A model generated the notes under the pieces. That model saw nothing but the letters and a program-made list of their open reading frames with translations, did not search any database and was not told the DNA's origin. From contig MCFE01000309.1 of assembly GCA_002104905.1 (NCBI GenBank), forward strand, positions 1-64,000: DNA of 64,000 nt, written 5' to 3'. This document shows, in pieces, positions 1-13,181 of this stretch (within the stretch, counting starts at the first letter, position 1; the number at the start of each line of letters is the position of its first letter). A program made the position numbers and the translations under genes. The stretch comes from Basidiobolus meristosporus CBS 931.73 (lineage: Eukaryota; Fungi; Basidiobolomycota).

Positions 1-760
1 ATGCTTCTGCCAAGCTTCTATCGTTTGGTTTCAGAAACTGTTGCTTCAATGAGAGTGATTCGATATAATATGGAAGTGCCTGCTGGCCGTCGTCTAAGCA
101 AAAGGTGCGTTAAGATTGTTGCTTAGCCTAGGCTGAATATCACTTACTAAACTCCACTGCTAAATCGCCTAAAACCATGATTATCTCGGCTAACTTCAAT
201 TTGGCATCGCTTGTTTCGATATGCTGCAAAATTTCTCGAGCCAGATCCAGGCGGTGCCAAGCTATAGCTAAATTCCTTGGTTCTAGCACAACGCCTCTTG
301 CCAATTCCAGCTCATTTCCCATTTCCAGGGCTAGCCTTGGTTCGTTCCCAATCATCCCTGGTATTCCCAACTCTATAACATAGGAGTTTCGAAAGTAAGA
401 TCGAGTTGGAGAAAATGAATGGATCGTTGATAGAATCGGGGCCAGAGTAAGCGTTGGATTTGTATATAGAATAAAAGTACCATCAGTAAATATCATCGTT
501 TCTTTACCCAAGAACGTGTACCATTAAAAATGGAGCCGTGGAATCGGAAATTGTCAAGCTGAAATTGGGATTGAATGTGAGTATGGGATCGTACCTTTAA
601 CAAAACGGTTTCGTCGTATCGGGCTCCAAAACAGTGTTCTCCAATACATCCATAGAACATCCGCACACTGCAAGCACAAAGAGCCTTGATATTGAGTCCT
701 ATGAATAAGAATTTTCGTTAGCTTCTGGCTAGCGACAGGTGGCAAGTTCAAAGCTATCGG
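1..760 (-). CDS. NASP/Hif1/Sim3-like SHNi-TPR histone H3-H4 chaperone, partial (runs off window start; 5' exons uncertain)
   Basis: Exon ending at ~148 reads NLAIAWHRLDLAREILQHIETSDAKLKLAEIIMVLGDLAVEF. A GTAAGT...CTTAG intron follows, then NDGQQALPYYIESLSLKQQFLKPNDRSLAEA, matching the SHNi-TPR pattern (LQLAWE.LDLAR....KLADV...LGDVS.E..F..A..DY..AL.LK.....DR.LAEA). An upstream exon has CADVLWMYWRTLF, resembling the NASP N-terminal CADxYxxYGxALL. Confidence 0.7.
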
Positions 761-2911
761 CATAATAGCAGTGAAAAGTCAGGGCTTGAAAATTGGGCTT
801 GTAGGGACTCCGTACAGCACTCTAGAGGAATGTTGAGGAGAAAATCAAAAGAAATCTACATACAGTAGAGCTGCTGTTTTGTCCGACTGTCCAGATATTA
901 CACAATGCCTCAAAAGCGACTTTGCTTTTTTGCCTTCGAGAATTAGGATTTCCACAAGGTGCAGTTCGTTGCACTCTCCAGTCATGGGGAGGGGAATAAA
1001 TTGGGTGGTGCAATTGGAAGGCTCCTTACAGGAAGAAATAGACTCTGATAGGCTTTGCATAGCTTCCTGTAAAGGTCACTCAAAGGGTATGTGAACTTGT
1101 GAGTATAAAAAGCGATGCAGATTCGCCTGGGCAGCCAATATTGGCAGAGAAATCTTCAAATGTATTGCAAGTAATCCAATCGTGGTGGCACATAGTCCAG
1201 CAAAAATTGTCAATATAGATGCAGTGAAAGACCAACAAAAGACTGCTTATTTTCCTATACGGCTCATAACCATTAGACGAGGTAGAGAGAATAGGATGAT
1301 TTTCCTCTTTATTTTGAGCAGCACCAATCATTACTCCGGCTGTATATTCCCCGCGCTTCCTTTTGTGTCACGCAGTATAAGGGATACAGCAAGTCACAAT
1401 AGAAGAGGATTGGAAGACCTAATTATGTAGCCACAGGCCTCCCTGCAAGTGACGAAGTCTTCATATTGTCGTTTATTATCGATATCTATAAAGCGGATAG
1501 TTTTTCTGCAACATTTCCAAGATCGATCCTGGCTTTGTACTGGAATATCACACGACTGAAACATCCTGCTTGGTGTTTGTGCCGAGCATGAAGTTACCTG
1601 CTATACCTGGACCACGAACAGTGGGAGCAAATAGCGGGGGTCTTGGGGTATCCATTCGGCCGTCGATGAGTATGTCTGCGGGGCTTATCTCTATTTTGGT
1701 GCTCACCAGTACACATGGCTGGAACCAACTGTTGGCCTATGGGGTCAACGCCATGCTGCAATTGACGAAGCATGTGCAGATAACACCTGTTTTCACCAGA
1801 CATAGGCCAGTAAGCTTCTTTGCAATGACAAAGATCCTTCCCTCACACTTCCACATTACAGAAGGGGCCGGTAAGGATTAGTCTTTGGTGTTGTTCGTTT
1901 CCCTCCGCCCTCATTACCCCAAATGCCTTGCTAGTCACCATGGAGCAACTCCGATGCATAGTAAAGGATCACAGAAAAGAAGATATATTCCTTGTTTGGG
2001 CCAGATGGATTCAGTCACATATCGGGCTATCTTCCATATATCATTCAGCATTCATGGCCGCACAGTATACCATCATTGGATGTAGATTAGGTTGATTTAG
2101 ATGTGGTGGCTCGTTTCTTGAGATGTGTCATATCAAACAATCAGATATTGCTACAGCGATACGGCGATGCCGCTTCTCTGTAACGAAATGAAAGTCGTTG
2201 CGACCTGGCCTTCGAAAACCCAGAAACTCTGGTGTGAAACCACAATGGCAATCAGTAGCCACACTTGGGGTTGTCTCTGCAAAACCAGGGATGGCTATGA
2301 GTTTTGCTGTTCTATAAGTGGTGGAATTGATTTGGCTGCTGGAAAGTTGATGGATGTTCCAGGGTGATGAGATGTTGGTATAATACGTCAGACAGGCTGC
2401 GTCGCAGCAAGCCCAATCCTATTGAAATGCGTACGTGTCCTTCCACTTTCTTACGTGCATTGTGCCATCCACCACCACTGGGCATTCTACTGGCTTAGAA
2501 TATTAATTGATTTATTATCTATGCTTCTAAACCACCTTGCTCCTTCACATTTCGTTCTCAGGAACCGATCTGCGCTGATTTCTGAACCAATGGCAAGTAG
2601 CCATTCTTGGTGTTCTGTCATTACGTGCTGGCGATATTTAAAGAATCACAATCGGATTCAGAAGTCGTGGCAAGGGATCGAAATCTTATTCGATTGGTGA
2701 GCAAGTCCATGATACTGAGCCGAACATGATTAAGCTGCGGTGGGAGTATTTAGATCCTTTATAACCCAAATCCATAATTCGTATCGAGTGTAAGTTGAAG
2801 TCCTTTTGGCACTCTGGTGATTCGGAACTATTTCGCGAGCTCATTGTTCTATCACATACAACCCACCTGTTCTTCCAAAACACCCCTCTTCTTTTGAGCT
2901 CCTTTCCAATC

Positions 2912-4129
2912 ATGGCTGTTGACACCACCGAATTTCCTATCACTGGGCCCACCCTAAGCCCCGAACAGCACACTGGAGCTTCCGCAGAGGCACCTCCACT
3001 TCGTGTGCCTAGAGTTGGCAAAAAGAAGATTTACTTTCAACGTGACTCTCTAAAAAGCAGAGAGTCCAAGGGTAAAGAAGGAAGCCGTCGCCGGAAGCGC
3101 TATGATAACGGTATGTAAAAGAGCCCCTTTAGATAACGGTTCTTCCGCGAAATATTTCCATCTTCCCGCGTTTCCACGTGTTTATACTCCGCATCTAGTC
3201 AGCTGTGGATAAAACAACGTGAGCGAGAAGCACTTCCCTTTCATGAAAAGGCAAAGCTTCTTTGAGCTTGGCTTTTCTATATAGGCTCAGTTCCTCAGAA
3301 TTGCGTTTCCTCTTTGGCTGGAACAATTCTGGAACTAGCTAATGATATTTGAACATTCTATTGAGTTATAATCTCATAATTTCCTCTTCTGTACCTATTA
3401 TGTATCGAATGTTGTCTACCTGCCGTGACTGTTTCATTGGGATAGACCACTTTACACACCTTCCACACGCCGTATTGAATCCAAAGGATCTGGCTCCCCC
3501 TGGCTATCCCGCTGAAGCTCCACGATTCCATTTCAAATACGACCGTGCCATGCAGCAGCTTCTTCAGCACAACTTCATTCATGACATAGACCTACGTGCA
3601 ATGGAGAAGACACCTCAGTGTCCGGAGTCACAGAGCTACATTCATCGATCTATTCGCCGAGAGCTGAAGAAAGCACACGTGTCTGAGGGAATTGTAGAGC
3701 GCCATGAAATAGAGTTGATCGAATTCATAAAGCAGATCTTGGAGCGAGAGGGTCAGCTGGACGATATGGAAGAGGTTCCTGAGGGAGTTAGTGACTACTC
3801 CAGCACCGATTCTGATGACGATACAGACATAGATTCCAAGCACCTGGAATCATTCTCAAAGCAACAACTGTTTCTTGTAATGAACATTCAAGATAGGCAG
3901 ATCCGCTTCGTTGTGCATGCCATGTGCCAGTACTACCACCTGATGTCTTTTAGTAAGTGTAATGCTTACGGCAGTCTACTGTTCCATCACTGACCCCCTG
4001 TTTCCAGGCAAAGATACCAGGTGTGGCCGTCGGCTTACTTACGTATGCCATCCGCGTCTTGTCTTCCCCAACTCACAGAAATCACCAGGGCTTCGGGAAA
4101 AGACGTTTTATGAGTTCGTGTTCCTTTAG
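2912..4129 (+). CDS. R3H-associated domain / R3H domain protein (R3HDM4-like), 3 exons (2912-3110, 3446-3952, 4008-4129)
   Basis: Exon 1 has RDSLKSRESKGKEGSRRRKRYDN (R3H-assoc signature). Exon 2 has PHAVLNPKDLAPPGYP and the R3H-like IQDRQIRFVVHAMCQYYHLMSFS. GT-AG junctions keep the frame. Confidence 0.8.
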
Positions 4130-5807
4130 GGGTCCATACCATTTCATGTTCTCGAATATCGCCACCCCAAAAGAATGTATAGCAATGCCCTTGCAGCCCC
4201 CCTCCATGATAATGCTTTCTCAACGATGCTGTTATTTATTCCATGCTCTTGCCTTCTGGAATACATCCCCATGAAATGGTTCAGTAATTGGTGGCAAATA
4301 TATTGGCACGCCCTCATGAAACTAATTCCAAGCATATCAGTTTACTTTACACACCCTTGGCTCAATATTTGCTAGAGACTATCCTCGACCCAGCCCCCAA
4401 AATGGCTAGGCTTATGACGTGGAGGCACTTGGATAGGCCACCACAAGGAGGTGTGTAGGGTGGTTTGAAACCAATTGAGCCATTTTGGGTCACGCTCCGT
4501 TAACTGCAGTATGGAAGTCATACCCCTAATGGTTACTAGAGCATACGGATCGCAGTGCAATGCATGTGGACGACCATGAGTGGTGATAAAAATCACCGCC
4601 CGTCTCAACAGCAGTAAATTAAAGGCACAAACCGCGCGTAGCATGGTACAGATAGCGCGGAAAGTGGCATGTGACGGACACCTGTATTTGGGCTCTGCCG
4701 TTCCCAGATCGTAAGCTAGCGTTTAGTCATACCAGTTGTCCAGGCCGTCAGCCGCGGCATACACCTCACCAACCCAGCCCGATCGCTACTCCTCTCTTTC
4801 TTGGCCATCTGCTCGAAGATCGATCTGAGATTTAGCAGGTACGCGAAAACAGTTTAGCAGGAAATCCGCGAGTCATTGTGAGTCAGCTCATCATCTGTTT
4901 AGTTGCTGGGTAGGGATTCAGCACTCCTTCTCATCGTGATACGGGCTATGGTACAGAATCTCGTTATGGAAGCCTGATTGCCAATGAAACAACCAGTATT
5001 GACAAACTGCTACGGAGTGTGAAACATCGTTGACGACTTAAGGGCAGCATTTTATTGAGTGTGGTTGCGCATGCATTCGCCATACGTCACCATGGATGGC
5101 TATCGAGAGAGGAGAGGAGGATCCATCCAATTTTCAGCACCTGAAGGCCCGATCAACCAATATTCCCCTCACTGAATGGCCCAAAACGTTATGCTACCTG
5201 CTTTGCCAGAGGTCACAGTGGAGCCCAGCCCATTCTGATTAGCTAATGCTTGGAGCATGCTCACCTGTAAGTCAGCCATTCGGTGCGCTGAGGGAAGGGT
5301 GCTACTGTGGTTGATGCAAGCTTGATTGATGCCATCTGGATATCTTACAAATGTGTATTCAGGATGCTGAACCCTAAAGCAATGTGGGGGCTTCAAGCCT
5401 GGACGGCCGCACTTCTGCCCCGAGCTCTGCGTTGCCACTCATGCCCTCTGCTTGCTTCAATACCAATTGCCATTCTCCACAGATTTTGACAGGACTTATG
5501 GCATGTTGATTGGCTCACTATTTGCAAAGCTGGCAATGTGCAGATTTCTTGATTACTAATTCAATCCGCAACCTCATTTCTGCTCATGGAGATACAATAT
5601 ATTAATCGGATCTGAGCCAACTACCCACAGATCTTAAAGTACTCCGATAAATATCATTAATACCAAAAATCAGGCCATTGCCAGATCTGGATCGTCACCG
5701 TAATCAGTGTGGAAAAACTCAATATATAGAGGCCCACAGCATTAACTTCCAGCTAACAATTACAACACATTTGCTTGGTATCGAAGTACCTTCTCCTAAT
5801 CCACACA

Positions 5808-8411
5808 ATGCTTGTCCAACAGCCACCCTTCCCCAATTCTCGCACCGATCAATACCTGGGCACAAAGTCATTCATCCCCACCAAAGAGGCCGTTGTAACC
5901 ATGGACCTGAGGGTCCAGGATGCCAAGGAAAAGCGGCAAGAGATTCATAGAGCTTTCAACGACACATTTACCCTCTACGAAGACCTCTTCGATGCTATCA
6001 CTGACAAGGCGCACTATATGCGCGCGGATCCGCTGCGACACCCGCTAATATTCTATCTTGGACACACCGCCGCCTTCTACATCAACAAGCTTGTATTGGC
6101 CAAGACTCTGAAGTATAATGAACGTATTGATCCAAGTTTAGAATCATTGGTTTCTGTTGGAGTAGATGAAATGTCATGGTAATTATTATCAAGAAACAGG
6201 TACCTTATTTATGGCCCTTTTGCTTAATCATCTGTTCGCAGGGATGACTTGCTTTCCGACGACTACCCTTGGCCGGCGCTGGAGAATGTACGCACCTTCC
6301 GCTCACAAGTTCGAGAACTTGTGTCCCAAGTGATCCTTGAACGACTCCCCTTGTATAATAACACAGTAATTGATTGGGAGCACCCATTTTGGCCCATTGT
6401 TCTCGCCATCGAACACGAACGTATTCATCTAGAAACGTCCTCTGTACTAATACGCCACCTTCCGCTTTCCGCACTTAACCCCAACTATAACTCTTTCTTT
6501 AGACAAGATTGCAAAGAATGGGACTCCTCGGCTCCTGCTGCAAAGAGCCTCAATTTCGTCGATGTTCCTGCTGGCCATATTACACTTGGTCGTCCCATGC
6601 ATTCAGAGAAGGCACGCACTGCTGCGCACCTCGAGAACCTGACGGATATCTATGGGTGGGACAATGAGTATGGCCACCAAGAAGCACAGGTAAATAGCTT
6701 CTGTGCGGGTGAAAAACTGATCTCCAACGCTGATTTCTACCAATTCGTTCGCGATGATGGCTACCACAAAGAAGAGTATTGGTCCAAAGAGGGCTGGCAC
6801 TGGGTACAGTACATAAAGCCTGAAACACCCAGATTCTGGGTAAAGAAACATGACGGGGCGTACGTATTGAGAAACATGCTCGAGGAAACTCCAACCATGC
6901 CATGGAATTGGCCGGTTGAGATCAATGCCCTGGAAGCTAATGCTTATTGCCGGTGGTATACCCAGAAATTCGGAAGGCTTACTCGTTTGCCTACTGAAGA
7001 AGAGTATTGTCACATGCTTCGATTCGCATTGGAACAAGAGCGTCAGGATACCGGCTCAAACCCCATTGGCCCTGATCACCTGCTCAATAACTGTAATATT
7101 GCCCTCCAGAAATCCACCTCGTCTTGCCCAGTCGACAAGTTCCGCACGGGGCCGTTTTACGACATTATGGGCAATGTGTGGCAATGGACAAAGACGTGTA
7201 TGTATCCATATGCCGATTTTGATGTCCATCCGTTGTATGATGACTTCACTGCGCCTACATTCGACGACAAGCATAATTTAATCAAAGGTGGATCCTGGAT
7301 CTCCACTGGAAATGAAGCAACGATCTATTCGCGGTATGCGTTCAGACGCCATTTCTATCAGCATGCAGGTTTTCGTGTTGTCCAGCCAGCAGACCAAGGG
7401 AACGTGAAGCTGGACGAGGCCGGAAAGGAGGCTGACTTCGAGCCCAAGAACATCTTCGTTACTGGAAACGGCCAGGAAACCTCAGGGAATCCCTATGAGA
7501 CCGATGTTCAAGTGAATCGCTACTGTGAAAGCCACTACGGCCCACAGCCACCGTTTCCCAACGTGCAATCGTTCCAGGCGGTTTCTGCGCGTATCTGTGA
7601 GGCTTTAATGCGGGATTCTGAGTTCGCCAAACTTGGGAATCAAGAGCAAATCCGCGCACTAGATCTTGGCTGTGCAACTGGTCGATCGACGTTCGAAATG
7701 GCCCATTATTTCGACCAGGTAGTAGGTGTTGACTTGTCGGCAAGATTCATACAGGTCGGATACCAATTGGCACAGCAAGGAAGCATCAGATACTCCACAC
7801 CAATCGAGGGGGAGATCCAGGCGCTGCGTGAGGTGGTCTTGGGCTCCAAAGAACTCCCGCTGAATGGATCCGAAGGGTTGACCTTGGTTGAGCAGCTGTT
7901 TGGCCCCCAACCAGTTGACGAGAGTCCCAATGGCTGCCATGCGTTGGCAGATAAAGTATTGTTTCTGCAAGGGGACGCATGCAACCTAAATGCCACCAAT
8001 CCTGTGTATTTCAACTTCCATTGCATCCTGGCTGCCAATATCTTGGATCGACTATATAATCCCATCTCATTCCTTGAAACGATCCATACTAGGATTGTAC
8101 CGGGGGGCTTCCTTGTCATCCTATCGCCAAACACATGGCTACCGGAATTCACGCCGCAGGAGAACTGGATAGGGGGGAAGAAGGTTGACGGCGAGAACGT
8201 ATCCACCCGCGACGGCCTCGAGCAAGTACTGAGCCCATGGTTTGATATTGTTCGGATCAAGCCACGTAACCCCGAATTCCAGGATACATTTGGGAGCGGA
8301 GGCCTGGACGGCCAACTCGAGTCGTTCCATGTTCCATTTGTGCTCCGTGAAACCCAACGCAAGTACGAATTCATTTTCGCCGAATGCACCATCTGGAAAA
8401 AGCGGGCATAA
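5808..8411 (+). CDS. ovoA: 5-histidylcysteine sulfoxide synthase / N-methyltransferase (ovothiol synthase), ~846 aa, one intron 6179-6241
   Basis: DinB-like N-terminus RHPLIFYLGHTAAFYINKL and GVDEMSW|DD. Iron-binding HX3HXE motif EHERIHLET. FGE-sulfatase-like domain with YGWDNEYG, GNVWQW, HPLYDDF, KGGSWISTGNEA and YAFRRHFYQHAGFR. C-terminal SAM methyltransferase with NPYETD, ALDLGCATGRS, QGDACNL and PFVLRETQRKY. Confidence 0.93.
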
Positions 8412-10882
8412 GCTGATGGCAAATCCTCGTGCCATGTCAAATGGGACGATTCAAGGAGCCACCCACCCCCCGTAGTGTAAGCTCAAAATGCAAAATAAAT
8501 TCCATCACCCCAAATGTGTCCCTTGTTCGGGGATCTGGATTCGGAACCTAGTCTTCATCGTGAGAACATCAGGGATACCCAAACCTATTGAAACGCCCGT
8601 CATACACTACAAAGTTCAAAGGGCGCATATAGATTGGAGTTCAATTTGTGTTGGTAGTAGAGATATGGCTGTGTTAGAGCTTTGGTTAGATAGCCCAAGA
8701 AGTAATCTATGTTACAAGTTTATTCCAGTACGGCCATCGTTGGTATTGATAGCAGCCCTCTCCCCAATGTCCCAGACCTGAACCAGAACCAACATTGCCC
8801 ACTGTTTCTTGTGATAGAGGCAGTTGGTTTCAAAACAACCAGCCAAAGCATCAATGTTCTACTGGTAAAACCTGTCTTGGTATACCAACGCACCAACGAG
8901 CTTTAGCCTTGAGTTGATTCATGTTTACTACACACCAGCTTCAGTATAAACTTCAGAGACAAATGCTACTGATTTCTCCACTAGCATGCAACCTGTTCAC
9001 CCTCTCCACTATAGCCCTAATTCTCTAAGAGACACCAGCAAGAAGCTGGTGCTATCTACCATATGTAATAAATCATTGATGGGTGCTCTGGCGTGATGAC
9101 GACGCACCGAGATCCTGCCACTCTGGCCATTCGTAGCAAAGTCCTTGATGAGCGCAGTCACTTGGGGGCATGGAGTAGGCGGGCGGCGGCGAAATCCATC
9201 GGACGGGTTGGAATAACTGAAGTGGTATTTCCGAAAAAGAATGGTTTCCCCTACACAAATATCCGCAAGAAAATCCATCATGGTACACAACGGTTCCTAT
9301 TTGAAGGAATCTATATATGTACCATTGGTGTAGTGAACATTAAATACGTTACATGCTACATTGTGATGTGTTGGTCAAATATGATATAGAATCCTCGGGC
9401 CAATTAGATCTTGGGGCTCAGCAAATCGACATCTCATTGTGCGCTTGATTGGCGGAGCCAAACTGTATTTCTGTCTATCTCCATCCACCCTGGCTGCCAA
9501 TCATTCCTTTGCGTGAGATTTTCAAGAACCCAATATATTATTCACAGGGGGAAGTGAGCGGAATAGCGCTATACCTAATTCGGCTTAGTTCTCATTTTAG
9601 ATGGTGTTCATGTACATCGCTGTTTCAGAGCCCAATTCTAGTAGTGAACGTATGGTTGCATCAATCGCCACCAGAACTATACCAGTAAGAGTATAGTTAA
9701 ATCACTCTTTTCCAGTAATTGACGTGTATCTCCGTATCCTCCCTACTTGGTCTGATTGCTTTCCATGAATAATGTGAGTTCTGTCGAGCATGCCACACAG
9801 GCCTAGGAGATTGATGGCGGAGTCGAAATGGGCTGATGCTGGTTGTATTCAGATGAAATTGGTTGGTGTTTCTATCTTGGGACCGACTTTTCTCCCCAGT
9901 CGTTACATAATAATAAATTTGTTGAACCAGTGGATATTTGTAGATATCCATGTGAATGTGCAAGAGTAAAATCTAATCGGCCGATTCCCAAAGTCGTAAT
10001 GTAAAGCATATGGCATTTTGTTTGATGTATTAGGGGGGATATCGACTTCAAATGGAGATGCAACGGAACCCTTATTCCATATAAACGCCAAATAAGGCTA
10101 ATCAGGCAATATCGTATCTGCCCCGGAAGTCTTATTAGGCATCTTCACATATGAAAAACATCGACTGACTCCATGTGCATCTGATTTTCAATGGACTCCT
10201 GCAATTCGTGGCTTGGAGATTGCAAGAATAGTCCGAACTCTTCCCCTTGACACCCGAAGGGCCAGGATCGTATTTTTCGCTCCGATGAATGAGGGGATCT
10301 CTCACACAACACTAATGCACCCTCAGCATTTGAACTTGCTTGGTTCTGTATGTGCTCTCGAGGTCTACACCTCACTAAGCCATAAGTGGTTAGTTTCAAA
10401 TATTCCGCTGGTGTTTCAATTGATGGCGATGTAGCATTGAGACGCTATCATGTGATTGCCTCAATCTATCCCGTCAATTGATCATTGTTTTGGGGGGGGG
10501 GCTTTCCAATACATGTCTGTAACTATTCTGCCCTATCACTCACTTCGGTATCATGTTTCATAGCAAGAATTGCAATGTTCATTTGGCAGGAGAGAAGCAT
10601 CACCGTGGTGCTACAATTACAGTGTTAAGGGGAGATTCCTAGTGATCCATGAGGAGAGGTGGCTCTTTATAGTAATGGTATTTTGAAATGTGCTGTCTTG
10701 CATTGCACTCCATTGGTATTGCATCGTAGTTGATTGCACCGCGGTTGTCAAGTACCATAGACACTGGTTCCGAATTTTGCTACGGCATGTGGCGTAACTG
10801 GCCACATGTTTGTATTTGTCGTATGCCTATTTCTTTGCGGCCAAGGATGGATTCCAACAATAGCTTGAATCCCTTACATATG

Positions 10883-10888
<6 letters not shown>

Positions 10889-10942
<54 letters not shown>
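10889..10942. repeat. Compound microsatellite (TA)15(TG)12
   Basis: Read directly from the sequence. Confidence 0.97.
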
Positions 10943-13181
10943 CGAATGTATATATGCCTTATTCGAATGAGGTCTCGTACTCAGGTAGCTTCCCAAGATA
11001 TTCACCACTGCTTCGTCCTCTCCTGCACCCTACGATCGATGGGAAAGGCAGCAATCTGCTTGCGTGTCACCTCGACCTTTCAATGGAGTAAACCAATTAA
11101 TATAACTTTGATTTGCAGATATAAGGACTCAGCTGAAGTTGACACAGAATCCGATAGGTTGTCTTATTCAGCAGGCAAGTCACTTCCTCGCTTCCCGTAT
11201 GTGTAGATCTGAATTATATATGCATTAAAATGCCTGATCGAGATCATTCTCCCATAGCCAAATGGCGCCACGGGCCAATGGGAAGCACTTCCAGCGGGTC
11301 TACTTGATTAGATTTTCCTAGATGTATCAAACCCTAGTCAGAAAAGCATTGTGCCCCCTCATTTCCTCATTCTGATAGGGGATCCCAAAATAGAAGATAG
11401 CGCGGTTTGGATCCATTCCATTATAGGCTCTAGCATTGCAACAGTTGTCAGCTGACTGGATACCTGGGTTGCTGTAAGTACCCTCGACACCCACTTTACA
11501 GCGCCCATTGCAATTTATTGAGCTGCCAAGTAGCCACATTGAGGAGATTCAATGCTGTCCGGAAGCACTTCCTGATGCATAGGCACACCAGCGCCTCATA
11601 AATAAATCTGATCTCCAGGTGATAAGGGTTGGTACATGTCATGTACATCATGCTATTAGTGGGGTGAGGAATCCATCAGGTCTCTGGTGATCATTGGGCG
11701 GGTTTTCAAATGTGATTTGCTTCTGGATGATTTAGCCATGGCATTTGTTGGGGAGTTGGTTGGGTTGTGGGTAATAAGATGAAACAAGGCGGGTGTCTTA
11801 ACATCACTTCATTGACTCATAGACCACAGTATGAGGTTCGACAATGAGGTTTTGAACGATTGAAGCAAAGGTCAGTTGAGCATTGCAGTTAGAGACAGGT
11901 TTTATTACTTTAACATGAATAATTTTGATTAAATCTGTGTCTCGCGCCTAGAACGTATGTCAATCGCTTCTAACCTAGGTAACTACGTGTCAGTGGCTAG
12001 CCGGTGTCTATCCATTGCCAACCACACGCAAGGCAACTCCCCTCCCCAACAACTTTAACAGCAGCAGCATCTAGTGGTCATGATTCAATACTAGCTGCCA
12101 CCTCCGCGCCTGCCTCACCAGTTGCTAGCCATCAATATGAACACCTCAGATACATTCAGCCATGGGAAGATCAAGGGAATTCGTGAATTTGGGGCAGACA
12201 AATCCAGTTTTTGCCAACAAAATACAAGACTACGCTAAATAGAGGGGGTGATATTTGGTTGATCCATCCGACACGGAGAGATACTCGCCTGCAGAAAACA
12301 AGCCGCTGCATCTGAGAAACATGCTTTCCCATCACCATGCGGTCTAGAGTAGCTGAGCCTGGAAGCGCATACTTGGCATCCAGCTGCAAATCGTCAGGAT
12401 GCGATTAGTGGGTAGCAAACCTTAACTTATGAACCATCTCTTCTATTATTATTGCGGGATGCTGGCCAATGAGGGCCGTTCTGCAGATTATAGTCGCTCA
12501 AATACAAAGAACGGAATAGGAATAGCCCGTTTCGCCATTGGCCAGGTTTGAGAGGAGACGAACCTGGCGGGCTAAAGATCAGGACAACCTCTAACCAAAT
12601 TAGGGAATTATCCAGAGGGTACTAAGAAAAGGTTTGGTATGAAGAAGGCAGTTGGTCAGCCTTTTGCATCATTTTAGTGGCAAAATTAAGCCGACCTGGT
12701 TATACAGAAAGCTTTTAGTCGATCCTATTTTTTTGGTGAAGAGGGTTGACCAGTAAAAAGATTTGCTGTGATACGATGTTACTGAAATACTGGCCTCTTT
12801 GCCATATTCGGCCCACAGCATTGTAGCATTATCCTGCCCGTTCATTCGATAGACGGCAGTTACAAACATGCGAAACATCCGCTCTTTTCTATATAATCCC
12901 AAGTGCGTACTCCCCCGAACCAGATTACTCCTCTTTTTCTAGACCTCATTGACTCGATTCTATCGAAGCTTCTCTCAGCACCTCAACCGAATTTTATTTT
13001 GAAATCCCATCCAGCCACTCTCTATTAGATACATTAGTCCACTGCCTGTCCTTGAAGCCATTAATTAATACCTCCTTTGCCTAAAATATTATATTGTCGA
13101 CTGTTGGACCAAGCACTTAGTACCTTATGCAATAGCAATCAGCTCCGAAACCTTTCCTACTTTGATCACTATCCATTCAAG

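Noticed and set aside
1440-2800. Possible spliced gene between the NASP-like and R3H genes (also 8450-9300, 14450-15050, 21450-22650)
   Set aside because: Splice-like signals are present, but I could not assemble a recognisable protein. RNA-seq is needed.
2686-3021. PH-domain-like LKRRGVFWKNRWVV on the minus strand
   Set aside because: It overlaps the start and 5' region of the better supported R3H-assoc gene, and the rest of the domain is absent.
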